Program-made: the position numbers and the translations under genes
In this document: positions 29,912-39,738 of the stretch, one piece after another
Numbering within the stretch: the stretch's first letter is position 1
How the letters are laid out: each line of letters opens with the position of its first letter
The notes under the pieces: model-generated
Database searches by the model: none
Told to the model about the DNA's origin: nothing
The model's input: only the letters and a program-made list of their open reading frames with translations
From: Parcubacteria group bacterium
Lineage (GTDB): Bacteria; Patescibacteriota; Minisyncoccia; Phycocordibacterales; Phycocordibacteraceae
DNA length: 64,000 nucleotides
Direction of reading: 5' to 3'
NCBI GenBank assembly: GCA_028286605.1
Contig: JAQBRE010000002.1
Span: 124,219-188,218, forward strand

Positions 29912-30250
29912 ATGAAAGAATCATTCCCAACACGGGCTGAAATTCCTACCAAGACTCTGGCTGAGATGGCTATTCCGATTCAGGCGATGCTCGCACTACG
30001 CCTCTATCATCGTTTGCATCCTGAAGAACCCGTCGATGAGCTGCATCCGAATGAAGTCGATCGGAGCATTCGCGGGAAAGCGATGGAACTGTGGTTAGAC
30101 GAACAGGATGGCGAAGCGCTCTCCGCACGTTTCCGCACATATCTGGATGATTCTAATCACGGAGCAGAACCGGTTTCTCTTTCCGATACTTCTTCACTCG
30201 ACCATATCCTTGATGTGATTAGTGCAGATACCGACACGACATTCCACTAA
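29912..30250 (+). CDS. Hypothetical protein (112 aa)
   Basis: ORF ends 3 nt before the ComEC MBL-domain gene. Confidence 0.35.
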   Translation: MKESFPTRAEIPTKTLAEMAIPIQAMLALRLYHRLHPEEPVDELHPNEVDRSIRGKAMELWLDEQDGEALSARFRTYLDDSNHGAEPVSLSDTSSLDHILDVISADTDTTFH

Positions 30251-30253
30251 TCT

Positions 30254-31123
30254 ATGCAGGCGTCGCGCGGCACGCTTGTGGTAGTAATCCTCACATTGCT
30301 CGCGATAAACGTATTTGTTTGGCAGACCGTACTTGCCCAGCATTCCAATACGCTACGCGTATCCATTCTTAATATCGGACAAGGAGATTCAATACTGGTT
30401 CAAGGGCCGACCGGGATACAGATGCTTATTGATGGCGGACCCGATCACTCGGTATTGCGCGAACTTCCACGAGAGATGGGTTTCCTGGATCGCTCGCTCA
30501 ATCTTATAGTCGAAACACATCCCGATAAGGACCATATTGCCGGCCTTGCCTATGTGCTGGATCAATACAGCGTTTCGTATTTCATGAGCCCAGGCATTCC
30601 AGATGACACGCAGACAGCTGCTGAAGTGAATGATGCCGTGGCGCATGAGCCAGGACTACAAGCATTCACTGCGCGACGCGGCATGCGTATTCACCTGGGC
30701 GGCGGAGCGTATGCAGATGTGCTGTATCCGGATCGCGATGTCTCGAAGCTGCCGACGAATGAAGGGTCCACCGTGATGCATATCGTGTACGGAAAAACAT
30801 CTTTCATGATGACGGGCGATCTGCCTTCGGATAAGGAAGAATATTTGGTCGGATTAGATAGTGCGGATAGTGAGTTGAAAAGCGATGTATTAAAAGCAGG
30901 TCATCATGGTTCGAAGAACTCCAGTAGCGATGCGTGGCTGGCTGCGGTGCACCCATCTATCGTTGCGATATCAGCAGGCAAGGGAAACAAATACGGACAT
31001 CCTAATCCTGATGCGATTGCGCGTATCAAGAACGAAGGTGCGCAAATCGCAACGACGATAGACTCGGGCACACTGGACTTCATCAGTGACGGATCCGTGA
31101 TACGCGAGAAGACGGAGAGATAA
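30254..31123 (+). CDS. ComEC C-terminal-type metallo-beta-lactamase domain protein, with its own N-terminal TM anchor
   Basis: ILNIGQGDSILVQ...HPDKDHIAG...GHHGS MBL motifs typical of the ComEC nuclease domain. Confidence 0.7.
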   Translation: MQASRGTLVVVILTLLAINVFVWQTVLAQHSNTLRVSILNIGQGDSILVQGPTGIQMLIDGGPDHSVLRELPREMGFLDRSLNLIVETHPDKDHIAGLAYVLDQYSVSYFMSPGIPDDTQTAAEVNDAVAHEPGLQAFTARRGMRIHLGGGAYADVLYPDRDVSKLPTNEGSTVMHIVYGKTSFMMTGDLPSDKEEYLVGLDSADSELKSDVLKAGHHGSKNSSSDAWLAAVHPSIVAISAGKGNKYGHPNPDAIARIKNEGAQIATTIDSGTLDFISDGSVIREKTER

Positions 31124-31162
31124 AAGAAAAGAGCGGCTCCGAAGGAGCCGCTCTTTTCTTTT
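31122..31162. terminator. Bidirectional intrinsic terminator (MBL gene / rpmB)
   Basis: aaaagaaaa-gagcggctcc-gaa-ggagccgctc-ttttctttt. Confidence 0.75.
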
Positions 31163-31168
31163 AGTGGA

Positions 31169-31411
31169 TTAGATAATCCCTGCTTTCTTGAGTGTCGCGA
31201 ACGCGCCATTCTTCTTTATAGTGCGAAGAGCAGACGTGGAGATATCGATAAGGAAGCTCTGTCCGAGTTCAGGAACGAAAATGTTTCGCTTCTGAAGATT
31301 TGCGTGACGACGTACCTTTCCTGTCGGATTGAACTGAGTAGCACGCGTACGGTTAGAGTACCGTCCGCCTACCTGTGTCGTCTTTCCGGTGATTGCGCAG
31401 CTTCGTGCCAT
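31169..31411 (-). CDS. rpmB: 50S ribosomal protein L28
   Basis: MARSCAITGKTTQVGGRYSN... Confidence 0.85.
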   Translation of the reverse strand: MARSCAITGKTTQVGGRYSNRTRATQFNPTGKVRRHANLQKRNIFVPELGQSFLIDISTSALRTIKKNGAFATLKKAGII

Positions 31412-31442
31412 AGTTTCCGCATGGTACCATACCGCTTACCAT

Positions 31443-32096
31443 ATGCAACCAGACTCCACTCTCGCCATCTTCACTATTATCGTCCTTATCGGCTCGATAA
31501 TCATCCATGAAGTAGCACACGGGTACGCAGCCTATGCCTTAGGCGACCCTACGGCTAAGCTGGCTAAGCGTCTCACGCTGAACCCGCTCCGGCACATCGA
31601 TCCGGTAGGTTCTATTCTCCTGCCAGCCATTCTTGTGCTGACACATTCAGGATTCCTCTTCGGCTGGGCAAAGCCTGTTCCTTATAATCCCTATAATCTC
31701 AAGAATCAGCGGTGGGGTGAATCTATCGTTGCTGTTGCAGGTGTCGCTACCAACCTGTTGCTCGCCGTTATCTTCGGGCTTGTCGCGCGCTATGCATTTG
31801 CGAATGGCATGAGTGCGGTGGCAAACCTTTCCGGAATAATCGTTCTCATGAATCTGTATCTCGGTCTCTTCAATCTCATTCCGATTCCGCCGCTCGACGG
31901 CTACACCTTCCTGCGCGGCCTGCTTCCGCCGAAGAATGCTATGGCATTTCGTGAATTCGAAGATCGTCTGCGTCAGGGCGGTTTCATCACGCTCATCGTC
32001 GTACTGCTCGTATTCAGTTATTTCCTTTCAGCGCCATTCTCACTTTTTGTTTCGTGGTTGTTCACTCTTCTGGTAGGCGCAAGTGCGACACTATAG
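31443..32096 (+). CDS. Site-2 protease (peptidase M50) family protein
   Basis: HEVAHG in TM helix, NLIPIPPLDG. Confidence 0.75.
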   Translation: MQPDSTLAIFTIIVLIGSIIIHEVAHGYAAYALGDPTAKLAKRLTLNPLRHIDPVGSILLPAILVLTHSGFLFGWAKPVPYNPYNLKNQRWGESIVAVAGVATNLLLAVIFGLVARYAFANGMSAVANLSGIIVLMNLYLGLFNLIPIPPLDGYTFLRGLLPPKNAMAFREFEDRLRQGGFITLIVVLLVFSYFLSAPFSLFVSWLFTLLVGASATL

Positions 32097-32108
32097 TCAC
32101 ACACTTAT

Positions 32109-32741
32109 ATGGAACAAGAAGAACTGCTTTCGGAAAAAGAAACACAAGCAGTTATCGATTTGGGAAATCTTATACTGCAGTTCGCGCGTGTCGATCGAGG
32201 AACCTATCATCCTGACGGCGTAACGCCTGAATCGGACACGGACCACACGGTAATGCTTGGCATAATCGCCTGCGCCTTTGCAGACACCTTCGCACCGCAT
32301 CTGGATCGTGGAAAGATCGCGCAATTTGCGCTCGTGCATGATCTTGCAGAAGTGTATGCAGGAGATACGCTGACGCTCCGCACGCTTACCGAACAGCAGA
32401 AGAATGATAAGGATGAGCGAGAGCAAGAAGCCCTCAAGCGTATCAAGCGCGAATTCGATCCCGTCTTTCCATGGATCGGTATTACTATCGAGTCGTACGA
32501 ATCACTCGACACGCCTGAAGCGCGCTTCGTTAAGTTCGTCGACAAAGTCCTTCCGAAAATCACGCACACACTAAGCCATGGCGCGCGTCTTATGCAAAGC
32601 AGTGTCGGTAAAGAAGAAATGGAAGAGATGCACGCGCATCAATATGCAAGTATCGCTGCAAGCTATGGCTCTGATCAGGCTGAAGTACGAAGACTCTACG
32701 CATCACTTTCGTCGGCGGTGCGAAAAGCACTTTTCGAGTAA
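32109..32741 (+). CDS. HD-domain phosphohydrolase (YfbR-like)
   Basis: H..DTDHT...HDLAEVYAGD HD motif. Confidence 0.7.
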   Translation: MEQEELLSEKETQAVIDLGNLILQFARVDRGTYHPDGVTPESDTDHTVMLGIIACAFADTFAPHLDRGKIAQFALVHDLAEVYAGDTLTLRTLTEQQKNDKDEREQEALKRIKREFDPVFPWIGITIESYESLDTPEARFVKFVDKVLPKITHTLSHGARLMQSSVGKEEMEEMHAHQYASIAASYGSDQAEVRRLYASLSSAVRKALFE

Positions 32742-32755
32742 GTGGTAATTATTTT

Positions 32756-35629
32756 CTAGTGCGGCAATTTAGTAAGGAGTCCTTGCAACTCTGCAGTTAG
32801 TGCGTTGAGCAGGGCACTGATCGTTTTCTTCGCTTTGGCAGTGAGCGGTTTTGTTTTCGGCGTTGCGATTTTCTTCGTCGTAGTCGCCACCTTTTTCACG
32901 ACAGGAACTTTAATAGGCTTGGGCGGAGTAAGTACTGATTTCGAATCATGGACACCTTTCGTGCGTATAACGAAGCTAGTTTTCGTTGAGCTAACAGAAC
33001 TTGAACCGGAACTTGGAACCGGACTGGAAGTTTCTGTGCTCAGCACGTTTGATAGTGGGGTGACTTCAACAGACGCTGCGCTGCCATCGGTAGAAACATC
33101 AATCTCGCTCGGCGTAGCGGGGCCGACAGGAATATCTTCGAAGGTAGAGGTGTCGGTGATGGTGTCATCAATAAGATGCTGCACATCAAGATCAACGGTG
33201 CCTGAATCATTGTTATCAAGCAACAGATGATACACGGCGCCGACGGGCATGAGCATGTATCCGGTGTCGCCGAATTGTCCCGCTTCGACATCCGGAATAC
33301 CCTGCACGATCGTGCCATCAGGATTCAATATGGTTGTTTGTCCGACGTCGTTCTTAAGCGCTGCATGTACGGAACCATGCAGCGTAAAGAGCAATTTTTT
33401 TCGTGTACTGATATTTTCAGGCGGTGTCGTTGTTATCCCATCGGGCAGCAGGTCTTGCAGCGTACCAGTGAGAATATTCTGAATGAGGTCCCGCAGTCCG
33501 CGCATTTCCAATAGATTTGAATGAACCGCGCCACCAAGTGGCTGGAGCGCAATCTTACTCGTGAGATTTATCCAGTATCGTTTTACATTTTCAGCGATCG
33601 GCATCATGAGTGCGCTTGGAATGGTAACGGTGTTGTCGCCATCTTCTACGAATTCTGGACGATAGCGCGGCACGTAGCCTCCTGGTGCAGATGCTTTTGC
33701 AGCTTCGTAATATTCGATACCTGAAAGCGTGTCAGCGCCCCAGCCAGCAACTTGATACACCTGCACTTGTGGCGGAGGAACCCAAGTATCAAGCTCTGCG
33801 TGCATCTCGTTCGCTGAACCGAGCAAGTTCGCGTTCAATATATTCGGCGTTGTAAGGTCCGCCGGTGCGGGTTTGGTGCGCCCTCCGTCTTGATTGGTCG
33901 CGAACTCTGTCTGCTCGTTTTCATTCTGAATGATAAAGCCATAGTTGTTGCGCTCTTTCGCGAATAGATGGTCAGCAGCGAATGCAACGATAGGATGCAA
34001 TGCATCTTTCACATCGTTGAAATACGTAAAGGAGGGAAGCAGGTCGTATGCCATCGGCATGTTTTCTGCGAGCGTTCGCGAAGTCGCTCGCGACGCATTC
34101 GATGCGCATAGCGAACCGAACACTTCCCATGCAGCGCACCAGTCTGCAGGAAGAGCTGAGCCGTATCCGTGGAGTGCACCGGCAAGGGCCTGGGGCGTGC
34201 CGCTTTGCGGCACGCCCACGAAGATCAGCGTATCAATCAGCGCAGCCGTATCTGCGTTACCAAGTTTCTGCATAAGTTTCTTCGCTACCAAGCCGCCATT
34301 CGAGTGCGCGATGATCGTCACCTTGCCTGTTTTAGAGGTTGCCGCGAGCGCACGCAGCGTTTGCTCTATATAAGGAGTGTCTGTGGCTTCTCCATAATCG
34401 ATACGTTCGCCGTGTTGCATGCCTTTGTCTACGAGGTCTTCAAGCGAAAGACGCCAGTCGTATGCGACCGATTTCCAATCGGTAATGGTGCCGGCATCTT
34501 TCAAACCATTCATCTGGTCTTCGAAGGAGCGGTAGAACTTGAACGGACCGACTGCATCGATCGTGTCGCCCTCTTTCGTGTACACATCGTGGATACTTTT
34601 ACCGTTCGTCTCAAGAGTGAGCTCAGTGAGATCTGTGTCTGATGATGGATCCCAAAGCTTACGTTCGACGCAATCCGTGACGGAAGGATCGCAATTATTC
34701 GTCGGCTCGTAGAGCCGGCTTCCTTCGATGCCTGGAAGGAACAGTACGTTCGACACAGCCCCTGAAGTACTTTTCGCACTCACTGTTTTTGGAATACGCA
34801 CTAATGGACTCATAGCCGTCGTGCTATTTCCTGCCCCGTCTATCACCGTAGCGGTCAGCTTTATAAAGGCTGCATCGGGAAGATGGAATTCCGTATTGCG
34901 ATCGAGCCAAATCTGTATAGGATCATCGGTGAATACTCCGACGCCTAAATCAGCGAGTGCCGTTCCGGCGTTTCTTGGTTTGAATGAACCGAGCACAGGA
35001 AACGCTGTGCCGTCTGCGGCATATAAGGTGTAGTTCACATCATTCACGAATGCCTTCGATGCACTGGGATCTATCACGCCGGATACGAGCATGAAATCTT
35101 CAAGCGCTGGTGTCGTGGTGGTATTCACGAAGGAGAGGGAATCGATACTGAATGTCGGTGGCGTATTGTCGAGACGGACATTCATACTTTCGTTCGAGCT
35201 TCTGCCAAGTGCGTCCGTAGCCGTAACAACTATATTTGCAGCACCTTCGGCATGCGTAGTAATGGTGACCTCGTTCGTGAGGTACATCTTATGCAGGGCA
35301 TCGCGCACAAAGAAGAGCGGCAGTGGTACTGGCTGGCTCACGCCGAGTTCGGAAAGGTCTGCCATTACGCTTGTGATCGGCGCATCGTCTGCAACCTCAA
35401 GGGAAATAGTCATGTGGTCACCAGCTTTAAATGCATCCTGCGCATTGCCGCCGAGCGAGGTTACATACCACGTTGGATAGGAAGCATTCATGCTCGTGAT
35501 GAACGGGTCGCCCGCAGCGGGCGGTGGGTCATCTGCTCGCACCGGCAAGCCGATTCCCCATAAGAATAAGGACAGAAGCAGCAAGAATGATAATGGAATG
35601 CGCCCGAGTGAGAGTAGGTTTGTGTTCAT
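32756..35629 (-). CDS. Large secreted alpha/beta-hydrolase (lipase/esterase-like) with Thr/Lys-rich C-terminal tail
   Basis: Signal peptide. GxSxG nucleophile elbow IIAHSNGG. 957 aa. C-terminal KxTxK low-complexity region. Confidence 0.55.
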   Translation of the reverse strand: MNTNLLSLGRIPLSFLLLLSLFLWGIGLPVRADDPPPAAGDPFITSMNASYPTWYVTSLGGNAQDAFKAGDHMTISLEVADDAPITSVMADLSELGVSQPVPLPLFFVRDALHKMYLTNEVTITTHAEGAANIVVTATDALGRSSNESMNVRLDNTPPTFSIDSLSFVNTTTTPALEDFMLVSGVIDPSASKAFVNDVNYTLYAADGTAFPVLGSFKPRNAGTALADLGVGVFTDDPIQIWLDRNTEFHLPDAAFIKLTATVIDGAGNSTTAMSPLVRIPKTVSAKSTSGAVSNVLFLPGIEGSRLYEPTNNCDPSVTDCVERKLWDPSSDTDLTELTLETNGKSIHDVYTKEGDTIDAVGPFKFYRSFEDQMNGLKDAGTITDWKSVAYDWRLSLEDLVDKGMQHGERIDYGEATDTPYIEQTLRALAATSKTGKVTIIAHSNGGLVAKKLMQKLGNADTAALIDTLIFVGVPQSGTPQALAGALHGYGSALPADWCAAWEVFGSLCASNASRATSRTLAENMPMAYDLLPSFTYFNDVKDALHPIVAFAADHLFAKERNNYGFIIQNENEQTEFATNQDGGRTKPAPADLTTPNILNANLLGSANEMHAELDTWVPPPQVQVYQVAGWGADTLSGIEYYEAAKASAPGGYVPRYRPEFVEDGDNTVTIPSALMMPIAENVKRYWINLTSKIALQPLGGAVHSNLLEMRGLRDLIQNILTGTLQDLLPDGITTTPPENISTRKKLLFTLHGSVHAALKNDVGQTTILNPDGTIVQGIPDVEAGQFGDTGYMLMPVGAVYHLLLDNNDSGTVDLDVQHLIDDTITDTSTFEDIPVGPATPSEIDVSTDGSAASVEVTPLSNVLSTETSSPVPSSGSSSVSSTKTSFVIRTKGVHDSKSVLTPPKPIKVPVVKKVATTTKKIATPKTKPLTAKAKKTISALLNALTAELQGLLTKLPH

Positions 35630-35698
35630 ACTCCGGTACTTTACCTAAAAGGTGATAGGAGACCTTTAAAGACTTCCTAAAGTATTCCTGAAGACGGT

Positions 35699-35757
35699 TT
35701 GCTTGCATAAATGAGCCTGTTCTTATATAGTCTTCCTATCCCGCAGCGCGGGTTTTT
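35699..35757 (+). promoter_or_regulatory. Promoter-like sequence followed by leader hairpin + T5 just upstream of rpsL
   Basis: TTGCTT/TTGCAT ... TATATA. Then cccgc-agc-gcggg TTTTT, 8 nt before the ATG. Confidence 0.35.
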
Positions 35758-35765
35758 CATTCCAA

Positions 35766-36176
35766 ATGGCTACCCTAAATCAGCTCACCAAGAAGGCACG
35801 CAAGCCTGTCGCCCGCAAAACGAAAGTTGTGGCTCTTGGTCGTGGTTTCAACGCGCTCAAGAATCGCCCTACGTTCTACCCCGCTCCGTTCAAGCGCGGC
35901 GTATGCACCAAGGTGACCACCAAGACTCCTCGCAAGCCTAACTCTGCTATCCGTAAGATTGCTCGCGTGCGCCTTACCAACGGTATGGAAGTTACGGCCT
36001 ACATCCCAGGCGAGGGTCACAACCTTCAGGAGCACTCGGTGGTCATGCTTCGCGGTGGCCGTGTGAAGGACATCGGCGTGCAGTACACGATCGTTCGCGG
36101 CCGTCTTGATACCGCTGGTATCGACAAGCGTCGCCGTGGCCGTTCTCGTTATGGTGCTAAGAAGCCGAAGGCTTAA
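35766..36176 (+). CDS. rpsL: 30S ribosomal protein S12
   Basis: [34 protein letters not shown]. Confidence 0.9.
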   Translation: MATLNQLTKKARKPVARKTKVVALGRGFNALKNRPTFYPAPFKRGVCTKVTTKTPRKPNSAIRKIARVRLTNGMEVTAYIPGEGHNLQEHSVVMLRGGRVKDIGVQYTIVRGRLDTAGIDKRRRGRSRYGAKKPKA

Positions 36177-36197
36177 GTTTTTACGTAATCTACTACT

Positions 36198-36662
36198 ATG
36201 CGCCAGCCCCTAAAAAACAAGCATCCACGCCGCCCGGACCTCGAGTACGGTTCTGAAGCTATTTCTCGCTTCATCAATACCGTCATGTGGGACGGAAAGA
36301 AGGATACTGCTCGTGCCGTCGTGTACGAGGCACTTAACAAAATTAAGGCTCAGGACCTCGATCCTCTCGAGACCTTCGAGACTGCTATCCGCAATGTTTC
36401 GCCGCTCATGGAAGTCCGTTCTCGCCGTGTGGGTGGTGCTAACTACCAGGTTCCTCGCGAAGTTCCCCAGCAGCGCCGCGTATCGCTCGCATACCGATGG
36501 CTCATCAATGCGGCTCGCGCTAAGAAGGGAAAGCCTATGGCAGACAAGCTCGCTGACGAGATCCTCCTCGCGGTAAAGAACGAAGGTTCAGCTATCAAGA
36601 AGAAGGACGACATGCATCGCATGGCAGACGCCAACAAGGCATTCGCTCACTTCGCTTGGTAA
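36198..36662 (+). CDS. rpsG: 30S ribosomal protein S7
   Basis: Full-length S7 similarity ending KAFAHFAW. Confidence 0.9.
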   Translation: MRQPLKNKHPRRPDLEYGSEAISRFINTVMWDGKKDTARAVVYEALNKIKAQDLDPLETFETAIRNVSPLMEVRSRRVGGANYQVPREVPQQRRVSLAYRWLINAARAKKGKPMADKLADEILLAVKNEGSAIKKKDDMHRMADANKAFAHFAW

Positions 36663-36679
36663 TTTCAAAAGGATAGATA

Positions 36680-36720
36680 AAAGAAAAGCGGCGCCTGTTC
36701 TGGGCGTCGCTTCTTTTTTG
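36680..36720. terminator. Intrinsic terminator after rpsG
   Basis: GC hairpin + TTCTTTTTTG. Confidence 0.6.
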
Positions 36721-36733
36721 TTCTTGCTGTGAG

Positions 36734-36985
36734 CTATCGCCTGACGATAGCGCCGCGTTTGCCGAATGCTTCGATAATTTTGCGTGATTGTTCCGGTGTC
36801 TCTGGTTTTTTCTGCCAGTACACATCAACTCCATCATGGATGTATATCAGCAGTATGCTGCAGACCGTCAGACCCGTCTTAAATTCCTTAGATTCAGGCG
36901 GTGGCAAGCTATGCGGAACCCGCATAAAACTATATTGACCTAAAAGATCCCCGTAGCCAGTCAGTTCTTCCGCTGATTCAGTCAT
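36734..36985 (-). CDS. Hypothetical protein (83 aa) inserted antisense between rpsG and fusA
   Basis: Strong SD GGGGAAG 5 nt upstream of ATG at 36985. The longer 37078 start would overlap the fusA leader. Confidence 0.4.
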   Translation of the reverse strand: MTESAEELTGYGDLLGQYSFMRVPHSLPPPESKEFKTGLTVCSILLIYIHDGVDVYWQKKPETPEQSRKIIEAFGKRGAIVRR

Positions 36986-37137
36986 CACTCTTCCCCGGTT
37001 ACTTCCAGCGGAAGAGTACCACCAGAGTAAGCACGTGAGAAGAGGGTATATCAATGATTCTTGCCTTTTCGTCTCCAAAAACGTATCTTATAGCTAACGG
37101 GCCTCCGGGCTTTTTCATTTATTACCTACCTATTTAT

Positions 37138-39285
37138 ATGAATCGCGATTATCCATTGGAAAAAGTGCGCAACTTCGGCATCGTAGCTCACGTGGACGCG
37201 GGCAAGACCACCACGTCTGAGCGCGTGCTCTTCTACACGGGCTCCCAGCACAAGATCGGAGAAGTGCATGACGGCGGCACCACGACCGACTGGATGGAAC
37301 AGGAGCGTGAGCGCGGTATCACCATTACCTCAGCTGCTATCACCTGTTTCTGGACTCGTACCGATCAGCCGGACAAGAAGGATCTTTCCAAGAAATATCG
37401 CTTCAACGTGATCGACACGCCAGGACACATCGACTTCACCGCAGAAGTGAAGCGCTCTATGCGCGTGCTCGACGGCGCGATCGTCGTATTCGATGGCGTT
37501 GCAGGTGTTGAACCGCAGTCCGAAACGAACTGGCGCTATGCAGACGAAGCAGGAGTGCCGCGCGTCTGTTTCATCAACAAGCTGGACCGCACCGGCGCAT
37601 CATTCGAGGATTCCTATAAGTCCATTCTTGAACGCCTTTCAAAGAAAGCAGTCCGTGCACAGATTCCTATGGGTGCAGAAGGCGACTTTGAAGGCGTCGT
37701 AGATCTCCTTTCTATGAAAGCGTTCACCTTCACGGGCAACATGGGTGAGGATGTTATCGAGGGAGAGATTCCTGCACAGTATCTTGATGAGGCTAAGAAG
37801 TATCACGCTGATCTCGTTGAGCGTATCGTCGAGAACGACGAAGCGCAGATGCAGGCATACCTCGAAGGAAACGAGCCATCACTCGAAGAGCTCAAGAAGA
37901 CGCTTCGAAAGGCAGTTATCGCAAACGAGATTTTCCCGGTATACACGGGATCAGCTCTTAAGAATAAGGGTGTGCAGCTCGTACTCGACGCCGTCGTTGA
38001 TTACCTTCCTTCACCGCTCGACCTCCCACCAGTTACGGGTATCAACCCTAAAACGGATGAGCCGGTTCAGCGCCAGCCATCAGACGACGAGCCATTCACC
38101 GCGCTCGCCTTCAAGCTTCAGACTGATCCGTTCGTCGGCGCACTGACCTTCTTCCGCGTATATGCAGGAACGGTTTCTGCAGGTTCGTACATTTATAACG
38201 CGAACACTGGAACGAAAGAGCGCATCGGTCGCATCGTCCGTCTTCAGGCAGACAAGCGTGAAGAAGTAGAGAAAGTATTCACCGGAGAGATCGCTGCATT
38301 CGTCGGTCTTAAGGATACGAAGACGTCGCATACGCTTTGCGATGAAGCACACCCGATCATTCTCGAGCAGATCGTCTTCCCTGAGCCAGTGGTTTCACTT
38401 CGCATCGAGCCGAAGACGAAAGCAGACCAGGAAAAGATGGGTATGGCGCTCAAGAAGCTTTCGGATGAAGATCCTACGTTCAAGATCACCTCTGATGAGG
38501 AAACATCCGAGACGATCATCGCAGGTATGGGCGAGCTTCACCTTGAAATCCTTGTGGATCGCATGCAGCGCGAGTTCAATGTCGGCGCGAACGTGGGTAA
38601 GCCGCAGGTGGCATATCGCGAGACCATCATGGGTACTGCTGATGTAGACAACAAGTACATCAAGCAGACAGGTGGAAAGGGTCAGTACGGCCACGTCAAG
38701 ATTCGCGTCAAGCATCTTGAGCCGGTTGATCCTGAAGCGAAGGTTTCGAAGAACGTTACGCGTGAAGATCATTTCGAGTTCATCAACAACATCAAGGGAG
38801 GTGTTATTCCGCAGGAATACATTCCGGCAGTGGAGAAGGGAATTCGCGAGTCACTCCATCGCGGTATCCTTGCCGGCTATCCTATCGTCGATATCTCGGT
38901 AGACCTCTACGATGGTTCGTATCATGACGTGGACTCTTCGGAAATCGCGTTCAAGATCGCTGCGTCGCAGGCATTCCAGGAGGCAGCGCTTAAGGCGAAG
39001 CCGGTTATCCTCGAACCTATCATGCGCGTTGAGGTCGTCGTGCCTGAGCAGTTTATGGGTGATATCACCGGTAACCTCTCAGGAAAGCGCGGCGCTATCG
39101 AAGGTATGGAAGAACGCGGCATGAACAAAGTGGTGAACGCGAAGGTTCCGCTTTCGGAAATGTTCGGCTACACCACGACGCTTCGTTCCATGACGGAAGG
39201 TCGCGGTTCTATGACTATGGAATTCGATCACTACGAAGTCGTGCCAAATAACGTGGCGCAGGACATCATCGCGAGCCGCAAGTAA
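37138..39285 (+). CDS. fusA: Elongation factor G
   Basis: AHVDAGKTT G-domain and full EF-G architecture. Confidence 0.9.
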   Translation: MNRDYPLEKVRNFGIVAHVDAGKTTTSERVLFYTGSQHKIGEVHDGGTTTDWMEQERERGITITSAAITCFWTRTDQPDKKDLSKKYRFNVIDTPGHIDFTAEVKRSMRVLDGAIVVFDGVAGVEPQSETNWRYADEAGVPRVCFINKLDRTGASFEDSYKSILERLSKKAVRAQIPMGAEGDFEGVVDLLSMKAFTFTGNMGEDVIEGEIPAQYLDEAKKYHADLVERIVENDEAQMQAYLEGNEPSLEELKKTLRKAVIANEIFPVYTGSALKNKGVQLVLDAVVDYLPSPLDLPPVTGINPKTDEPVQRQPSDDEPFTALAFKLQTDPFVGALTFFRVYAGTVSAGSYIYNANTGTKERIGRIVRLQADKREEVEKVFTGEIAAFVGLKDTKTSHTLCDEAHPIILEQIVFPEPVVSLRIEPKTKADQEKMGMALKKLSDEDPTFKITSDEETSETIIAGMGELHLEILVDRMQREFNVGANVGKPQVAYRETIMGTADVDNKYIKQTGGKGQYGHVKIRVKHLEPVDPEAKVSKNVTREDHFEFINNIKGGVIPQEYIPAVEKGIRESLHRGILAGYPIVDISVDLYDGSYHDVDSSEIAFKIAASQAFQEAALKAKPVILEPIMRVEVVVPEQFMGDITGNLSGKRGAIEGMEERGMNKVVNAKVPLSEMFGYTTTLRSMTEGRGSMTMEFDHYEVVPNNVAQDIIASRK

Positions 39286-39299
39286 TTTCTCATAAAGAG

Positions 39300-39341
39300 A
39301 AAAAGGAAAAGCCCGCACCCCTGGTGCGGGCTTTTCCTTTC
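39300..39341. terminator. Intrinsic terminator after fusA
   Basis: gcccgcacc-cctg-gtgcgggc + TTTTCCTTT. Confidence 0.75.
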
Positions 39342-39381
39342 ATGCTACGATGCGGCCAGGAATGTACAGGGGAGATGCGTA

Positions 39382-39648
39382 ATGACGACCTATTCCTTCG
39401 AGACGATAACTACGGCCCAGGCACTGGCATTGGGTTTGCCAGGAAATGACGTCATGGTGTTCGCAGATACACGGGTTGAAGGATCCAATCTTAAAATTCA
39501 GGACTTCACGGGAGGAGGGAATGACATAATTTCCTGCACGAAACCGGATCAATATCCTTCGGAACGCCCGGGCCGTCATCAAAAGATGCCACAGGGTGGC
39601 AAGGGAAGTTTCAAGCATCAGACTCATAAGCGAGTCAGGTGGCGCTAG
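39382..39648 (+). CDS. Small hypothetical protein (88 aa)
   Basis: SD AGGGGAG 7 nt upstream. Own terminator downstream. Confidence 0.4.
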   Translation: MTTYSFETITTAQALALGLPGNDVMVFADTRVEGSNLKIQDFTGGGNDIISCTKPDQYPSERPGRHQKMPQGGKGSFKHQTHKRVRWR

Positions 39649-39654
39649 AAATGC

Positions 39655-39690
39655 GCGAAGGGCGGCTCTGCGAGCCGCCCTTCTTCTATA
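39655..39690 (+). terminator. Hairpin terminator
   Basis: gaagggcggctc-tgc-gagccgcccttc. Confidence 0.55.
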
Positions 39691-39738
39691 CCCAACCAAC
39701 TCCCTATAGTGCGTGACGCACACGCTATACTTCATGAT

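Noticed and set aside
39340-39735. 131-aa minus-strand ORF spanning the fusA terminator, the small plus-strand ORF and the pilin leader
   Set aside because: It runs across two terminator hairpins and is antisense to an SD-bearing ORF. Judged spurious.
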